Shown here: piece by piece, positions 23,642 through 35,170 of the stretch | How the letters are laid out: every line of letters begins with the position of its first letter | How positions within the stretch are numbered: position 1 is the first letter of the stretch | Assembly: GCF_006345805.1 (NCBI RefSeq) | Contig: NW_021833692.1 | Location: forward strand, 1-56,302 | DNA from: Octopus sinensis | Lineage: Eukaryota | DNA length: 56,302 nt | Direction: 5' to 3' | The notes under the pieces: generated by a model | What the model saw: the letters and a program-made list of their open reading frames with translations, nothing else | The model's database searches: none | Told to the model about the DNA's origin: nothing | Translations under genes and position numbers: made by a program

Positions 23642-24414
23642 ACTGGACTTGGCAGCTCTTCTTTTTTCTCTACATTGTATACTTTATAGACAATAGTCTT
23701 TTCTTTAATTTAATTTTTTATTATCCATCTGGACTATTCCATTTCTGCACGCTAATTTTATTTTTAATTTATTCCCATTCATGTGAAACCACTTATTCAA
23801 GTTCAAATCATTGATGCAATTTTATACCAATTGCTATTTTTACTTTTGTTATGTTATGCTTATATTATACTTTAGTTTGATTTTAATTATTACTTACTAC
23901 ATATAATTCAATTGTTATTATTATTTTTATTGTTAAAGTGAAAGCATCTGACATAAGATAGAGAAATATTTTTGTTTCACTTTTAACACGTAATACTGAA
24001 ATAGTGGAGAAGATATGATATTGCTATGGGCTTGCAAGAAGTTGAACATTTTTTTTGCCCATGAAACTACATGGACCCTAAGTAAGGCATGTGTAAAATT
24101 TGAATGCAATTGGTTGTGTAGTTCTCAAGTTTTAGGGAATTGTAGTGGAGAAGATATGATATTGCTGTGGGCTCGCCCTAGGCAAAAAGTTAAAATTGTG
24201 TAGTTCTCAAGTTTTAGGGAAACACACAGACAGACACACACACATTCTCAGTTTTATCTATATAAAGATATATATATATATAATGAGAAAATATATTCTA
24301 AAATGATAGTGACTACTGAAGGCTACACAATTTGATCAAATGAGTGATAAAATGGGTGAGTTCCAGTGCTTTTTGAGTGAACTCTGTATATTACATATTT
24401 AGGAGAGAAATAGA

Positions 24415-24595
24415 AATTCTTTTCTACTCTAGGCACAAGGCCCGAAATTTTGGGGGATAGGGTCAGTCGATTAGATTGACCCCAGTATGCAACTGGTACT
24501 TAATTTATTGATCCTGAAAGGATAAGTTGACCTCGGTGGAATTTGAACTCAGAATGTAAAGACAGAAAATACCACTAAGCATATTTCACCCGGTG
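24415..24595 (-). mobile_element. tRNA-derived SINE, possibly with a Deu/Nin-like core
   Basis: Minus strand B box GAGTTCAAATTCCACCGAGGTCAACTT..TCCTTTCAGGATCAATAAATTAAGTACCAG. The core resemblance is from recall only. Confidence 0.6.
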
Positions 24596-25619
24596 TGAGA
24601 GAGAAATAGAAATGGTCAATACATTGTTAAGACTCTGGCAGCAGTTCTCTCCTCTTAAAGGGAACCTTCATTCTCTCTTCGTAGTTAACTCTCTTCTCTT
24701 ACTCCGAAAGCAACTGTAGGTGGCAGCACCAACCATTCCCACTCAAATTTCCCATATGTGTGTATTTCATAAAATGTTTTCTTAATATTTACTTCCACAG
24801 GATGTGTAGCTGTAAATATGTTTAGAAAATATTTCATCTCTAAAGGTAAGGTTAATAGTCCAAAAAATTACAGTCTTATTGATACTGTATTTGCCATGAC
24901 CTCCTTTACTTATTAGGTTACCTGACTTTCTAATTCTTCCCAAGTGAAATTTATAACAAGCATGAAAAACTATTGAATGAGAAGCATGATTCAGATAGTG
25001 AGAGATTACTTGAAGTGGAACCAACAGATGGAGTAGCTGTTGATTGTAGCTTTCAATGTGGTTAATAATGCTATTAAGGTGATCACTGTAGAGAAAGTAG
25101 CTAGCCTATCATAGATAGTTAAAGTATCAGGATATGTAGATCATATGTGCTGAAAGTGAATTCTTTCATGAATAGTATGGTAGTATCATCATCAACTACT
25201 AGAAAGCCAAAGAAGGTACATTAGAGAGAAGCAATTATAGAGGTCTCAGATTAATGGACCATGTCTTGAAAGCAGGTAAGAGACTTTTAGAGAAGCTAGA
25301 ACACAACAAAGCTTCGATAAAATGTAGATACCATATTTCTAGTGCAGAAACAGCAAGACAAATTCTTCACTATAAGCAAACAACTCTGCATTTGTTGATT
25401 TGGATGAGGTCTTTGACAGGACCCTTAGCTCTGTTGATGTTGGCTTGTAAAGATGTACAAACTATGTATGAAGATGCTGTAAGAAAGATTAAGAATAATA
25501 GTAAATTCAGGGAGGCAGATGTTCACCATAGTTCTATTTTTATTCTCCTTATATTCATTACAGTAAACTTATAAAAACACAAGAATTCAGAACTCGTCAG
25601 CTTCAGAAAATCTTTTTTT

Positions 25620-27790
25620 GTTCTCTTTTTTTGCTTACTTGCTGGGTCTAGAAGAGGGTCAGTGTTCATACAGGCCCTCCAAGACTGGTAAGATTGATGT
25701 GATTAGGGTCCCATTTAAGCTGTTGTGAGTCACTTCAGCAGGAAACATATGAGCAAGGAGGAAATTGCAGAGGGATGATGTTCTTGGAATGATGGTTAAT
25801 GAAGAGTCTGTTGGGTTGAGTACAACAGTGGTAACAAGAAGTGGAGTGGCAAGTGGTTTAGGAGTCTTCTGAGGGGAGCAGAGACAAGATCAGTCAGCTC
25901 CAAAGTACAGATGCTAGTATAGTAATGATAGGGAAGAGCGAACACAGCATGCCTGTGAATCAGAGACTAGAGTGTATTTGTGAGTAATTTGATGATAGTT
26001 AGTCAAGCATCTATTTTCTGAACACAGTCCAAAATGTCTGTATACATAGAAGATGCAGTGTCCTAGATGTGGGAGCAATACTCCATTGTGGACCTCACTT
26101 GAGCCTTGTCAGCAATTGTTGGAGGTTAAAATATTTTCTGGCTCTGAAGAGAAAGGCATATCTTTAAGAAGCGGTTCTAGCTATGTTAAGGATGTACTTT
26201 TGCCAGGAGAGATCCTCAGTGATAGTGAAGCCTAGCATTTGGAGCAATCTTCAGGGCTCTAACTGAATGTCATTCATGTTTAGGGAGGATGCTCTGCACT
26301 AGTGTCTTCTTGATATGAATAGCGCTTGAGTTTTTTGCTGGCTAAAAAGAGACATGATTAGCATATACCCTCTGAGTTATTCTCTCTAAGTTTTCATTCC
26401 TGAAATCAGTGCAGGCTGTGTTGCAGCTAAGACGGATGATGCATTATTGGAGAAGGTTATGGATGAACGAAGGGGCTTGGGTGAAAATGGTATGCACCTA
26501 GTTAGTTCAGAGGTGTAACGGCCATTGAAACAGCATTTGAAGAAACAAAGAAAAGAATTGCATCTGTGAGCTTGTGGTTGAAATATGTTGGTGAGTGCCA
26601 ATGCCAAATAATATTTTATATTTGGAACACTATCCCATAGATGTGAGTAGTACTTCAGTGTGGGTTGAGTTTGAGCTTTGTTGTGGCTTTAACAGCTGTT
26701 CAGGGTTGAAATATATTCTGACTCCAAATAGGTACTCCACTCTGTGTGATGCAGTTTTGTCAATGTTTTATGTGGGTTTGCCATGAGAGATCATCAGAAA
26801 TTATGAAAACTAGCATTTGAAGTGACTATGAGGGTTTAAATTGTGTTATTCGTGATTAGAGATATTTAGGTATGAAATTGTTTCCTTTGCTGTGGGTAAT
26901 GATTTATAGTTTTTCTGTTACTGACGGAGACAAGGTTGTCATATCCTCTTTGATGCACTCAAGGTCTTTTTTTATTGATTAGTGTATCTGATGTTAAGTA
27001 CATTGGCTGCATGTGGATAATACTTGTGCACAGGAGAAAAAGGAGTGAAGGTAGCATTATCCTGCATAGGAGTATGTATTATTGGGAAAGATAGCTAGTA
27101 GGTCATTAATGTATTAAAAGAAGAATATTACATCCAACTTAACCCTTCAGCATTTAAACTGGCCATATCCAGTCCAAATATTCTTTTTGTTCTACATTCA
27201 AACTGGCTACATCAGGCCTCTCATATATACCCTACAATGTCATGCTAAAAATAAACAATCACATGACTGAAATCTTGAGGCTGCATGATAATGCATGATT
27301 AATTCAAAATGCTGTGAATATATATGCATTACATTTGACAGTAATCTGAATGCTAAAAGGTTAATAGACTGTTGGGTGCTGAGAGCTCTGTTGGAAGATG
27401 CTGCAGTGGTGCAGTCTGACAGGAAGTTGTCATGTAAGTCACAGTTAAAAGTTTGCTAATGTCAAATGTAGCAATATTTTTGATGAAGTTCTCAAGGCTT
27501 GTGGGACCACAGTTGTCCCACAATTTTGGTAAGTTGCTCTGAATAACTTACCAGATACCTACCAGAGCAAGAGTCTGGAAGATTTGGCATGACAACAGAC
27601 ATACTATTGATCACAGAAGAGGGATAGAGGGGGAGAAAAACTCAAGAGTAAAGAGGTGATTATTAGCAGCTGTTTTGTTACCATTGAGCTGTTAGAACTG
27701 AATGCAATAAATTTGTAGTTTTCTGGATAAGAAACATTGCTCTGTTTGGAGATGGGGTATTATGGTATGTATCCATACATTGTAATAGAC
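25620..27790 (-). mobile_element. Old, highly degenerate non-LTR retrotransposon (CR1/Jockey/I-like RT)
   Basis: Minus strand 27050-27120 reads YINDLL..TYSYA(frameshift)DNAT, a decayed YADD region. The rest is heavily mutated and the boundaries are approximate. Confidence 0.5.
27143..27360. mobile_element. piggyBac-type MITE
   Basis: TTAA at 27139-27142 and 27361-27364. Imperfect TIRs CCCTTCAGCATTTAAA / TCTGAATGCTAAAAGG. Confidence 0.75.
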
Positions 27791-28405
27791 TCTTATATTG
27801 AGAGAGAGAGAGAGAGAAAATGATTGGAGAGCTTGGTAAGAACAGGAGCTTTGCATTTTGTTAGGAGGAAGATTTTGCTAGTTAAATAGTGTACAAATTT
27901 ATATATTTATATGTATTTACTTTTTTTGTGTAGCTTTACTGATAATAATCTTGCAGTCATTGAAGTAGTGTTTATCAAACTTATTCATTCTACAGGAAGA
28001 GAGTAAGTTGAAATGTATGTGACAGTGTGCTCAATGTGTGTAAGATGTACACAAAGGAGACAGTAAATCTTTGGCTGACTGAAAGTTAAAAAAAACTTCA
28101 GATGGGTAGGAATAGCTATTAGTAATAGCATATCTATGAAATGAAATCCCTGCTAGAATAAGAAAGTCAGAGAAGTTAAAAAAGTTGTTGTCTCTTGACA
28201 ACAAAAGGCAAATTGTATTTGCATGGTAATGAGATGTGGGAAATTGTGGAAAGATCTGCAGAGGTTGATGAGAAGTAAGGCAAAGTTCATTATTTACATT
28301 TGATAGATATTTAGTGTAAGCTATGGACACATAAGAGGTGCAGTAATATCAAAGGAAGGCTAACTGGGAAGATAGTTTTTGTATGTGGCAGATGCTCGGG
28401 AGCAA

Positions 28406-30002
28406 TCTCTATATATAAAACTGAGAATGTGTGTGTGTCTGTCTGTCTGTGTTTCCCTAAAACTTGAGAACTACGCAACCAATTTCATTCAAATTTTACG
28501 CATGCCTTACTTAAGGTCCAGGGAGTATCATCGGCAAAAAATTTTAACTTTTTTCCTAGGGCAACCCCACAGCAATATCATATCTTCTCCACTATTTCAA
28601 TATTACGTGTTAAAAGTGAAACAAAAACATTTCTCTATTTTATGTCAGATACTTTCACTTTAACAATAGAAATTAGAGGTAATAATAACAATTGAATTAT
28701 ATGTAGCAAGTAATAATTAAAATCAAACTAAATTAAATCGTAACATAACAATTAAAAGTAAAAATAGCAATTGGTATAAAATTGCATCAATGACTCGAAC
28801 TTGAATAAGTGGTTTCACATGAATGGGAATAAATTAAAAATAAAATTAGTGTGCAGAAATGGAATAGTCCAGATGGAGCTGTGCACATACACTTTACCAC
28901 AGCTTTTACATTAGATTATCTGCTAATTAGCTAGCATTAAGTATCTATATAAAGTTTGGCTGTATGTAATGTCTGTTTTATCGAACTGCTGCTTCCACTG
29001 AGTACTGCTGTTGGTTTATTTATTATACATAAAGGACTATAGCTTCAACTGCATACTGCTTTTTGATTCACTGTAAGGTTTGTTGTTATTATTATTACTG
29101 TTTATTGTTATCACGTTTGTTGGTTCCTTGTAAGGGAAACGTTGTTGTATTGCATTTGTTAAATAATTGTAAACCGTAACCCTCCCCCTTTGGGAGAAGG
29201 AGCTTTGGTTATTGTTTAAAAATTGAATTGTATCCCTGTTTGGGGAAATTGACAATATTTTCACTGTTTATACAGAAGCATTTTTGTTAAAATGACTTTG
29301 ATAGAAGAAAGTCCAAAAATGAATTTTGGTGCAGCCGTCAGCGGGTGCGAACTCGTTAAAATTAAAATGGAAGAAATACAAACCTATTTCGGATTGATCA
29401 CCGACAAAGATGGTGAATCTAGGATAACACCACCAAACGAAATAAAAAATTAAATTAAAGAAAAGACTATTGTCTATAAAGTATACAATGTAGAGAGAAA
29501 AAAAGATTTGAACACCTGGAGGAAAGCACCATCGAAAAGTGTCTTGGTGCGACTATGAAAGATATCTAACCAGAGGCAGTAAATTCGCCACAATAGAAGC
29601 AAGGTTCGAGTCAACGGAGCGTGCAAGGGAGTACTTGACTCGAACCTTGCAAAGTGGAAATATTTTACTTTTACCTTTATATCTGGGACATAGGACGTCT
29701 CGGATAAAAATTAAAAATGTCCCCCCAGAAGTAGAGGTAGGTTGGAGTGTAGCCACACTTCTATACAAGAAAGGGAGGACAAGATACAATTGATCGAAAT
29801 TACAAGAGACAGGCCTACAGTTCCAGTCTGTTATATATTTTGAGTATTGTTATCACTAGTGATATCAAGATATAACTTTGTATTTTGTATTTTATGTGTA
29901 GATGTATATATATAGATGTACATGTAATATGTATACATATATATATACACATATATACATGCACTAGCACTATGACCTGGCAACGACGGGTCATAATGCT
30001 AG
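28406..30002 (+). mobile_element. Helitron C (non-autonomous, 1597 bp) with captured Tx1 ORF1 fragment
   Basis: Starts TCTCTATATATAAAACTGAGAATG after A28405. Ends TATGACCTGGCAACGACGGGTCATAATGCTAG before T30003. No TSD. Confidence 0.92.
29367..29815 (+). pseudogene. Captured 5' fragment of a Tx1-type ORF1
   Basis: MEEIQTYFGLITDKDGES..EKTIVYKVYN..LTRGSKFATIEARFES..LLLPLYLGHRTSRIKIKNVPPE parallels both ORF1s at 20.5-23.5 kb. Stops and frameshifts present. Confidence 0.8.
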
Positions 30003-31302
30003 TAAACACTGAAAATGCGCAGAGAACAACTTCCGCCACATTCCAGGGAGAAAAACTAGAAGTAGTTGATAGCTTCCGTTACCTAGGTGACCAAGTCAGT
30101 AGCAGAGGAGGGTGCGCTGAAAGTGTTGCTGCTAGAATAAGAATAGCTTGGGCAAAGTTCAGAGAGCTCTTACCTCTGCTGGTGACAAAGGGCCTCTCGC
30201 TCAGAGTAAAAGGTAGACTGTGTGACGCTTGTGTACGAACAGCCATGCTACATGGCAGTGAAACATGGGCTGTGACTGCTGAGGACATGCGTAAGCTTGC
30301 AAGGAATGAAGCTAGTATGATCCGATGGATGTGTAATGTCAGTGTGCATACTCGACAGTGTAAGTACCTTGAGAGGAAAGTTGAACCTAAGAAGCATCAG
30401 ATGTGGTGTGCAAGAGAGATGACTGCACTGGTATGGTCATGTGGTGAGAATGGATGAGGATAGCTATTTGAAAAAGTGCTACACCTTAGCGATTGTGGGA
30501 ACCTGTGGAAAAGGTAGACCCAGGAAGACCTGGGATGAAGTGGTGAAGCACGACCTTCGGACATTAGGCCTCACTAAAGAAATGACTAGCGACCGAGACT
30601 TTTGGAAATATGCTGTGCGTGAGAAGACCCGGCAAGCCAAATGAGACCATAACCTGTGGCCTATACCAAGAGCGTAACCAGCCCGCTTATGCATACCTTT
30701 TCTTTCTTTGGACGCTAAACTCTGCTTGCGAAGACCTGTTGAGGCAAATGAAATCAAAATCAAATTCCATGACTGGTGTCCGTGCTAGCGGGGTGCAAAG
30801 AGCACCATACGAATGTGACCGTTGACAGAGCGGCTAACCGGCTTCCGTGCCAGTGCCACATAAAAGGCACCATTCGAGTGTGATCGTAACCAGTGTTGCT
30901 TTACTGGCACTTGTGCCCGTGCTAGTAGGGTGCCAAGAGCACCATCCGAGTGTGATCGTTGCCAGAGCGGCCAACTGGCTTCCGTGCCGGTGGCACGTAA
31001 AAAGGCACCGTTCGAGCGTGGTCGTTACCAATGTTGCCTTACTTGCACCTGTGCCGGTGGCATGTGTAAAAAGATTCGAGCAAGGTCACTGCCAGTACCG
31101 CCTGACTGGCCCCTGTGCTGGTGGCATGTAAAAAGCACCCAATACACTCTCGGAGTGGTTGGTGTTAAGATGGGCATCCAGCTGTAGAAACTCTGCCAGA
31201 TCAAGATTGGAGCCTGGTGCAGCCATCTGGTTCGCCAGCCCTCAGTCAAAATCGTCCAACTCATGCTAGCATGGAAAGCGGACGTTAAACGATGATGATG
31301 AT

Positions 31303-31504
31303 GTTGTTAACATAACGTTTCGGCTGATATACCCTCCAGCTTTCATCAGGTGTCTTGGGGAAATTTCGAACCTAAGTTCTCATTGCTAAGGTATTTTTCG
31401 ATGTTATTGTTATTATTATTATTATTATTCAGGTCACTTCCTGGAATCGAACTCAGAATCTTTGGGTTAGTAGCCTGTGGTCTTAACCACTACGCCATAT
31501 GCCC
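31303..31504 (-). mobile_element. tRNA-headed SINE with hammerhead-like tail
   Basis: Minus strand GGGCATATGGCGTAGTGGTTAAG (A box), GAGTTCGATTCC (B box), (AAT)n, then CTGATGA-AAGCTG..CAGCC-GAAAC. Confidence 0.7.
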
Positions 31505-31600
31505 GTGTAATTTTTCTTTAGGATTCATTTAAAAATTAAAAAAAAAAGAAAGATTTGGCTCTTATATTAATATTTCTAACATATACTTAACATATTACAG

Positions 31601-31756
31601 GATATGGCTGCTGACTATGATGAGACCAGATCTAATAAAGCTAAAGTGAGTTATGAATATTTTGACCCTGGAAATCATTGGTGTCGTCATTGTAATTTGG
31701 TAACTGGAAACATCTATGAGCTATTTCACCATCTTCAGTCAAAGAAGCATAAAGCG
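31601..31756 (+). CDS. ZNF318: ZNF318-like exon, matrin-type zinc finger 1
   Basis: TTACAG|GAT acceptor and GCG|GTATGT donor, phase 0/0. YEYFDPGNHWCRHCNLVTGNIYELFHHLQSKKH. Confidence 0.9.
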
Positions 31757-32974
31757 GTATGTTACATTTTAAGTTCTAATTTCTTTCAGGTGAAATTCTT
31801 CATATTAGTTCTTTAATGATTTTGTTTAAATTTCTTTTTTAAAAATTTTAACTCATTTTTTGTTAATGTTAAGTGGGTGGGTGGCGGTACAGACCCTGTT
31901 TGAAGATGCAGTGTCTGTTGGGGGAAATTTGACATCTACAACAGTAAGTTAAGCAAATATATATCAAGTATATTATGAGTTTCTGGAATCGTTATGTAAG
32001 AATAAAATAACTGATATTAAGTCAAATCAAGAATCAGATGCCTACTCTTACACACATGAGTTCTTGTTATAGGTAAATGTTGACTATCAAAAGATTTATC
32101 AGAAAATGGTACAGTTATTTGTTTTACATTCTAGTAGATAAAGTTACCTTGACAGAGACAGAAGTGCTTGTGGAACCATTTGAAAACATGAACTATAGAG
32201 CTATGTATTTCTACATCTATCTATTATAAAATGAAAGTGAAACTTAGTCCTACATACTTTTACTGAAGTTCGACAATCATTTCCTTATTTACTTCGTCAT
32301 CATCTGGTTGAGCTTGCTTGGACATTTCAGTCCTGCATTAGTTGGAAATCTTTGGGGAGGTATTCAGTGTCTCTGGTGAGTTGATTTATGTGGGTTATGT
32401 TCAGATGACCTGTTTGAGTATGGCCATGCTTTAGCATCCATAACAGTCAGCCACTTGCCAGCAATGTGCCACAAAGTGCAAGCACCTTTCCCTTATGACA
32501 GTGGAAACAGGCAGATCTCTGTACAGTTGTTTCTTGGTGGATGATGTCTAGAAATCAACCCTGTCAGACAACTTAACAGGATGCTTATAAAAAAAAAAAA
32601 CTAGAATGTATCTAGGCAGAACTTGCACCCAAATGTTAAGAGCAGTCTTTAACATATCTTATTTTACATAAATTTAGTAAATCTATTCAAGCAAATTATT
32701 CAGCGTTGTCTTAACTCTAATCATATTCTTTATACATATGATTTTATACAAATTTAGAATATTTATTAATGTAGTTCTCACATTCTACTTTCATTGTGAG
32801 GACTCTTGCAAATAAGACTTTTGCAAACTTTATAATTTTGGATATTTTTGTATAAATCAATCCACTATCTTAGATAGGGCTAGTAATAATGATAATAGTA
32901 GTAGTAATTATTTCTCCTAACATTTGCATATGTCCACAAATTGAGCCACATGCCCTAATATTACAGTGATAATA

Positions 32975-34250
32975 TTAGGTTGTCAAGTATGAAATTTGTA
33001 GTATATGGTAAACTTTGACAGCTGCTCATTTTGCGCCATTATTATATTTTGACAATCTTTATTTTTTGTTAGAAAGCTGACACATCTATTTCTTTATTCT
33101 AACTCATTTTGCGCTTTATAAAGTATTTATAAATCATTTTTTGCTATTTTTCTTTAGAGATGGATAAGTCGGAAATTCATACAGTTTTGAAATATGAGTT
33201 CTTTCTTGGAAATACAGCATCACAGACAGCTCAGAATATTAATGGAGTATTTCATTCTAATGTTATTTCACAGCAGACAGTATCAAATTGGTTTGCAAAA
33301 TTTCGTTCTGGTAACTTTGACCTCACAAATAAGCAATGTGGTCAACCAGAAACAAAGGTGGATAATGACGAACTGAAAGCCACCGTCAAGTTAGATCCAT
33401 CTCAAAATGCCCATGAATTATCGTTGTTTGGTGTTAGCAAGCAAACAATATTGACTCACCTAGTTCAAATCGGTAAAGTGAAAAAGTTGGATAAGTGAGT
33501 TCCACATAAACTCAATGAAAATCAGAAACAGCAACATTTGGAAGCCTGCATTATGCTACTTTCTCATCACAAAAATGAATAATTTTTTAATCAAATTGTA
33601 ACATGATGAGAAATGGATCCAATACAACAACTATAAATGTTCAACACAATGGTTGTACAAAGACGAGCCACTAAAACACAGTCCAAAAAGCAAAATTCAT
33701 CAAAAGAAGCTGATGGTGTGTGTTTGGTGGTCTGGCACAAGTGTGATCCATTATGATTTCATTAAATCTAGCTCATCAATCACGGCCAAAGTATACTGCA
33801 GCCAACTGAACTGAATGATGCAGAAACTTATAAAAAAACAGCCTAGATTAGTCAACAGATCCACTCCTATTTTATTGCAAGACAACGCCAGACCACACAT
33901 CACAAAAATAACATTGGTGAAACTACAGGAATTGGAGTTGGAAGTTCTCCATCATCCACCATACTCACCTGATCTTGCCCTCACTGACTACCACATCTTC
34001 CAGACTTTGGCTAACTTTTTCATAGGAAAAAAATTTAATTCTGACAATGCTATAGAACAGGCCTTCCAAGATTTTATTGACTCTAGATTGCCAGGCTTTT
34101 ACAGTTCCAGGCTGGACAAACTACTACTGAAATGGCAAAAGTGTATTGACAATATGGGTGCATACTTTGATGAATAAAACTATCCCTTGTATTTATAAAA
34201 CATTAGGAAACTTTTTTTCTTTTCTACAAATTTCATACTTGACAACCTAA
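32975..34250 (+). mobile_element. Full-length mariner (DD34D) transposon, 1276 bp, inactive
   Basis: Perfect 27-bp TIRs TTAGGTTGTCAAGTATGAAATTTGTAG with TA on both sides. Transposase 33160-34177 with *VPHKL, DEKW (frameshifted), LQDNARPH and YSPDLALTDYHIF (34 residues between the last two Asp). Confidence 0.95.
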
Positions 34251-34705
34251 TAATGGTAATGACGATAGCTTCTGACATAGTCCTAAGGCCATGTTGGGTA
34301 TGAGAATAGTTGATTAAATTGTGTCAGTGTTTTACTGATAGTTATTTAAAAATGCTAGTGTCAAGTCAGTCAGCATGTTCTCATGTCTACTAAAAATTTA
34401 TCACCTTTTGACTGTTAGAAATCCTTAATATTGTTATTATGAATCCACACAAAAAACCTTGCAAACCAGATACAAAAACAAAATGATAATAATGATGGCT
34501 TTTAATTTAATCTAACTGTATTTTATTAATGGCAGTTTTATACAGAAGATACGCAAAGTGAAAATAAGACAAAAGATTCACATCACTTTTTCTAAACAAT
34601 TTGACTAAAATTTTAGGGGCAGGGGTGGAACAGAAAGCTTTCTATGAATTTATGTGTTTTGTCTGTCTTTAAGTAAGATAATTCTAATAAACTTCCTTCA
34701 CCCAG

Positions 34706-34802
34706 AAACTTGATCACTATGACCGTCCTTGGTTACCTGAATCCATAAAGAATCCTAGTAATAAACCAAAGATGGGACAAGTCCAGATGGCACCTATTAA
34801 AG
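34706..34802 (+). CDS. ZNF318: ZNF318-like exon (inter-finger linker)
   Basis: CCCAG|AAA acceptor and G|GTATTT donor, phase 0/1. KLDHYDRPWLPE..APIKG. Not in the ORF track. Confidence 0.85.
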
Positions 34803-35051
34803 GTATTTTATTTTTTTTTTGCCATTTAAATAGAAACCTTTCAACTAGTTTATAACCCCTTTAACTAAATATTTTATCATCATCCTTACATTCATTGTTA
34901 ATGATTCTGGAATAATTTTATTTATCATAGAAATCTGTGTGAATATATTCATAAAAACAAAATTAGTTATAAAATACATCTTCGATGTAGTACAGGCTTG
35001 TTCCTTTGTTAATTTTTCTCCTTTGAAAATGTCAGTTTTCATCTATTACAG

Positions 35052-35170
35052 GTGTGGAGTTTCTCATGTCAACTCATGCTTTTTATTGCACTTTGTGTAA
35101 AGAATTTTCTGGTGATGTTCTCTGTGCTGAAGCTCACTTAAAAAGTGACAGTCATAATACAACTTATCAG
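35052..35170 (+). CDS. ZNF318: ZNF318-like exon, matrin-type zinc finger 2
   Basis: TTACAG|GT acceptor and CAG|GTTTGT donor, phase 1/0. GVEFLMSTHAFYCTLCKEFSGDVLCAEAHLKSDSH. Confidence 0.9.

Larger units (their letters stand above)
16653..24268 (-). mobile_element. Helitron B (non-autonomous) carrying two nested retroelements
   Basis: Minus-strand 5' end TCTTTATATAGATAAAACTGAGAATG at 24268. 3' end GACCCAGCAACGATGGGTC hairpin then ATGCTAG at 16653. The halves 16653-16835 and 23655-24268 match Helitron C in inverted orientation. Confidence 0.85.
28355..31300 (+). mobile_element. 5'-truncated RTE LINE interrupted by Helitron C
   Basis: Removing 28406-30002 restores LTGKIVFVCGRCSGA|INTENAQ..LEVVDSFRYLGD..AWAKFRELLPLL..LHGSETW..GRPRKTW. 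3' UTR with tandem repeats and a (GAT)n tail ending ~31302. Confidence 0.9.

Noticed and set aside
25400-25545. Short + strand RTE RT-like peptide (VQTMYEDAVRKI..DVHHSS)
   Set aside because: It is too short and degenerate to define an element with confidence.
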